Source: Macrostomum lignano (lineage: Eukaryota). Taken from it: a DNA stretch of 64,000 nt. Within the stretch, counting starts at the first letter, position 1; each line of letters begins with the position of its first letter. The position numbers and the translations under genes were made by a program. The notes below the pieces were generated by a model. The model was not told the origin of the DNA. It did not search any database and saw only the letters and a list, made by a program, of their open reading frames with translations. Positions 61,586 to 64,000 of this stretch are shown piece after piece. The stretch is taken from contig NIVC01002278.1 in the NCBI GenBank assembly GCA_002269645.1, positions 62,001 through 126,000 on the forward strand, written 5' to 3'.

Positions 61586-62306
61586 GCCAGAAACTAGATT
61601 CGGAGATTAGCCAACGGATTAACCATAGCGCAGTCTGAAATGCCAGTGGCGTATCAGCTGCAGACCAATTAGCCCAGAAGATGAATTCCGGTTGCAGTTT
61701 ATCCAGCTGCTGTCACTTGCACCAACCTACAGACGGCCAGCGCACACTCGCTGCTTTGATTGTCGCTGCTACCGCAGCTGGTTTGCGGTGCGACAGATGC
61801 CTTCCACCTCTCCACCTGGCCAAGCAAGCTCCCGTATTTCAGTTTTTATCTGTGAACTTCTCTTTTGCCTTTCCGTGTTTAACGGAACTGGACTGAACTG
61901 AACTGGATGTGGGAACTGAAGCCGGTGGTTGTCACGAGACATAATTCTGGAGGGAGACGGACAGAGAGAGAGAGAGAGAGAGAAGTGTGGGGCCAGCGCG
62001 CCAGAGAGGTTCAAGGGTCCGGGTAAAAGGCTTCGCCTGATGAGTGGCAGGCAAATGGCCTGCGATGGAGACTGCGTGAGCAGGGAGAAACTGAGAGATT
62101 TGAAGAGAGTCTCGAGCGGGCTTAAGTAGAGACAGGTAGAAGAGTCTGTCTGCCTTTAAAACTTTGATGAAGGGTATTTGCAGGCTGGCGGCGCAGCCTG
62201 AGAAATGAGAAGAGAGGCAGCTGGTTGACAACTGCGGGGAAAAAGTTTTGTTTGATGAATTTTAAAGGCTGCGAGGCGCTTGAGTCCCTAATGGTAGCTG
62301 ATTGAT

Positions 62307-62908
62307 AATGACTCAGTGAGAGATTGATAGCTGAATGTTAATGACTCAGTGAGAGATTGATAGCTGAATGATAATGACTCAGTGAGAGATTGATAGCTGA
62401 ATGTTAATGACTCAGTGAGAGATTGATAGCTGAATGTTAATGACTCAGTGAGAGATTGATAGCTGAATGTTAATGACTCAGTGAGAGATTGATAGCTGGA
62501 TGTTAATGACTCAGTGAGAGATTGATAGCTGAATGTTAATGACTCAGTGAGAGATTGATAGCTGAATGTTAATGACTCAGTGAGAGATTGAAAGCTGAAT
62601 GTTAATGACTCAGTGAGAGATTGATAGCTGAATGTTAATGACTCAGTGAGAGATTGATAGCTGGATGATAATGACTCAGTGAGAGATTGATAGCTGAATG
62701 TTAATGACTCAGTGAGAGATTGATAGCTGAATGATAATGACTCAGTGAGAGATTGATGGCTAAATGATAATGACTCAGTGAGAGATTGATAGCTAAATGT
62801 TAATGACTCAGTGAGAGATTGATAGCTGAATGCTAATGACTCAGTGAGAGATTGATAGCTGAATGTTAATGACTCAGTGAGAGATTGATAGCTGAATGTT
62901 AATGACTC
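62307..62908. repeat. 33-bp minisatellite (aatgactcagtgagagattgatagctgaatgtt), 18 units plus a partial one
   Basis: Unit starts at 62307, 62340 ... 62901. Confidence 0.96.
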
Positions 62909-63525
62909 CAGTTTTATTTTATTATCTTAAGTACACAGCAATCCGACGAAGTACAACAGCACCGGCGACAAGTGAACTCAACGAGGCGAGTGAATCAAAT
63001 CAGCCTCAAGCCTCCCCACCCGCCGCTTTTCTCTTCGCTTCGCCGAGCAGCACTGCCCTTGCGAGCTGCGGGTACCGCGGTGCGTCTCTCGAAGCGCTGA
63101 CAGACTGGGGGGGGTTGATTTTGAATTTCGGTTGAGCTCCTCCGCAGGCAAGACAGACGATAGCGAAAGAGAAAAATTGCGGCTTGCGGATGTCGAGACA
63201 CGGTGGGTTCGCTGAGCTGAGGCAAATTGGCCTTAACGGGAATGGGAGAACAGGTAACACCTGTGTGCAGGAATGCGATCTTGTGCTCGCCCGAATAAGC
63301 GCAGAGTTTAGTCAAGAAGAAACGAGAAATGAGAGCAGATCAGTGGGTCAAGGATATTCGTAAATTATAAGGGGACTTCAATGGCGTTCAGTGGGTCGCT
63401 AGGGTAATCTAAAATGTTGGGAGAGGATTAGGAAGGTCAGGAGGGGATCACGCGAGTACAGAAGCTGTTTCTGAGGATGGGTTAGTACGGCTTAGAAGGG
63501 TCAGAAGGATCATAATCTGTCACAA

Positions 63526-64000
63526 CTTGACACAATCACAGCCTTCCCTGACACAATCACAGCCTAACCTGACACAATTACAGCCTATCCTGACACAATC
63601 ACAGCTTTCCCTGACACAATCACAGCTTTCCCTGACACAATCACAGCTTTCCCTGACACAATCACAGCCTACCCTGACACAATCACAGCTTTCCCTGACA
63701 CAATCACAGCCTACCCTGACACAATCACAGCTTTCCCTGACACAATCACAGCCTACCCTGACACAATCTGAATCTACCCTGACACAATCACAGCTTTCCC
63801 TGACACAATCCCAATCTACACTGACACAATTACAGCCTACTCTGACACAATCCCAATCTACCCTGGCACAATTACAGCCTACTCTGACACAATCCCAATC
63901 TACCCTGACACAATCACAGCCTACTCTGACACAATCCCAATCTACTCTGACACAATCACAGCCTACTCTGACACAATCCCAATCTACTCTGACACAATCA
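63526..64000. repeat. 21-bp minisatellite (ctgacacaatcacagctttcc), runs off the end of the window
   Basis: Visible. Confidence 0.93.

Overview
Eukaryotic (metazoan) genomic DNA: GC-rich exons, AT-rich introns, and roughly a quarter of the window in tandem arrays. Gene content (innexin, peptide-type GPCR), repeat style and an SL-like motif suggest a free-living flatworm such as Macrostomum lignano; this is an inference. Six host genes could be reconstructed with GT-AG junctions in consistent phase: synaptogyrin (-, 4 exons), PPIL6-type cyclophilin (+, 2 exons), innexin (-, 2 coding exons), a single-Ig type I membrane protein (-, 1 coding exon), an A20/AN1 zinc-finger ZFAND5/6 homolog (+, 4 exons) and a rhodopsin-family peptide GPCR (+, 5'-partial, 2 exons). 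Mobile DNA includes a young 2.0-kb LTR element encoding only Gag plus protease, a probable antisense solo LTR in ZFAND intron 1, four copies of a hAT-type MITE, a foldback element nested in another TIR element, compound inverted repeats and a LINE 3' remnant. The most unusual signal is in the solo LTR: between its TATA box and poly(A) signal is a 29/32 match to the M. lignano spliced-leader core as I recall it (needs verification), with the 5' hairpin preserved. Most long ORFs in the supplied track are artefacts of tandem repeats.
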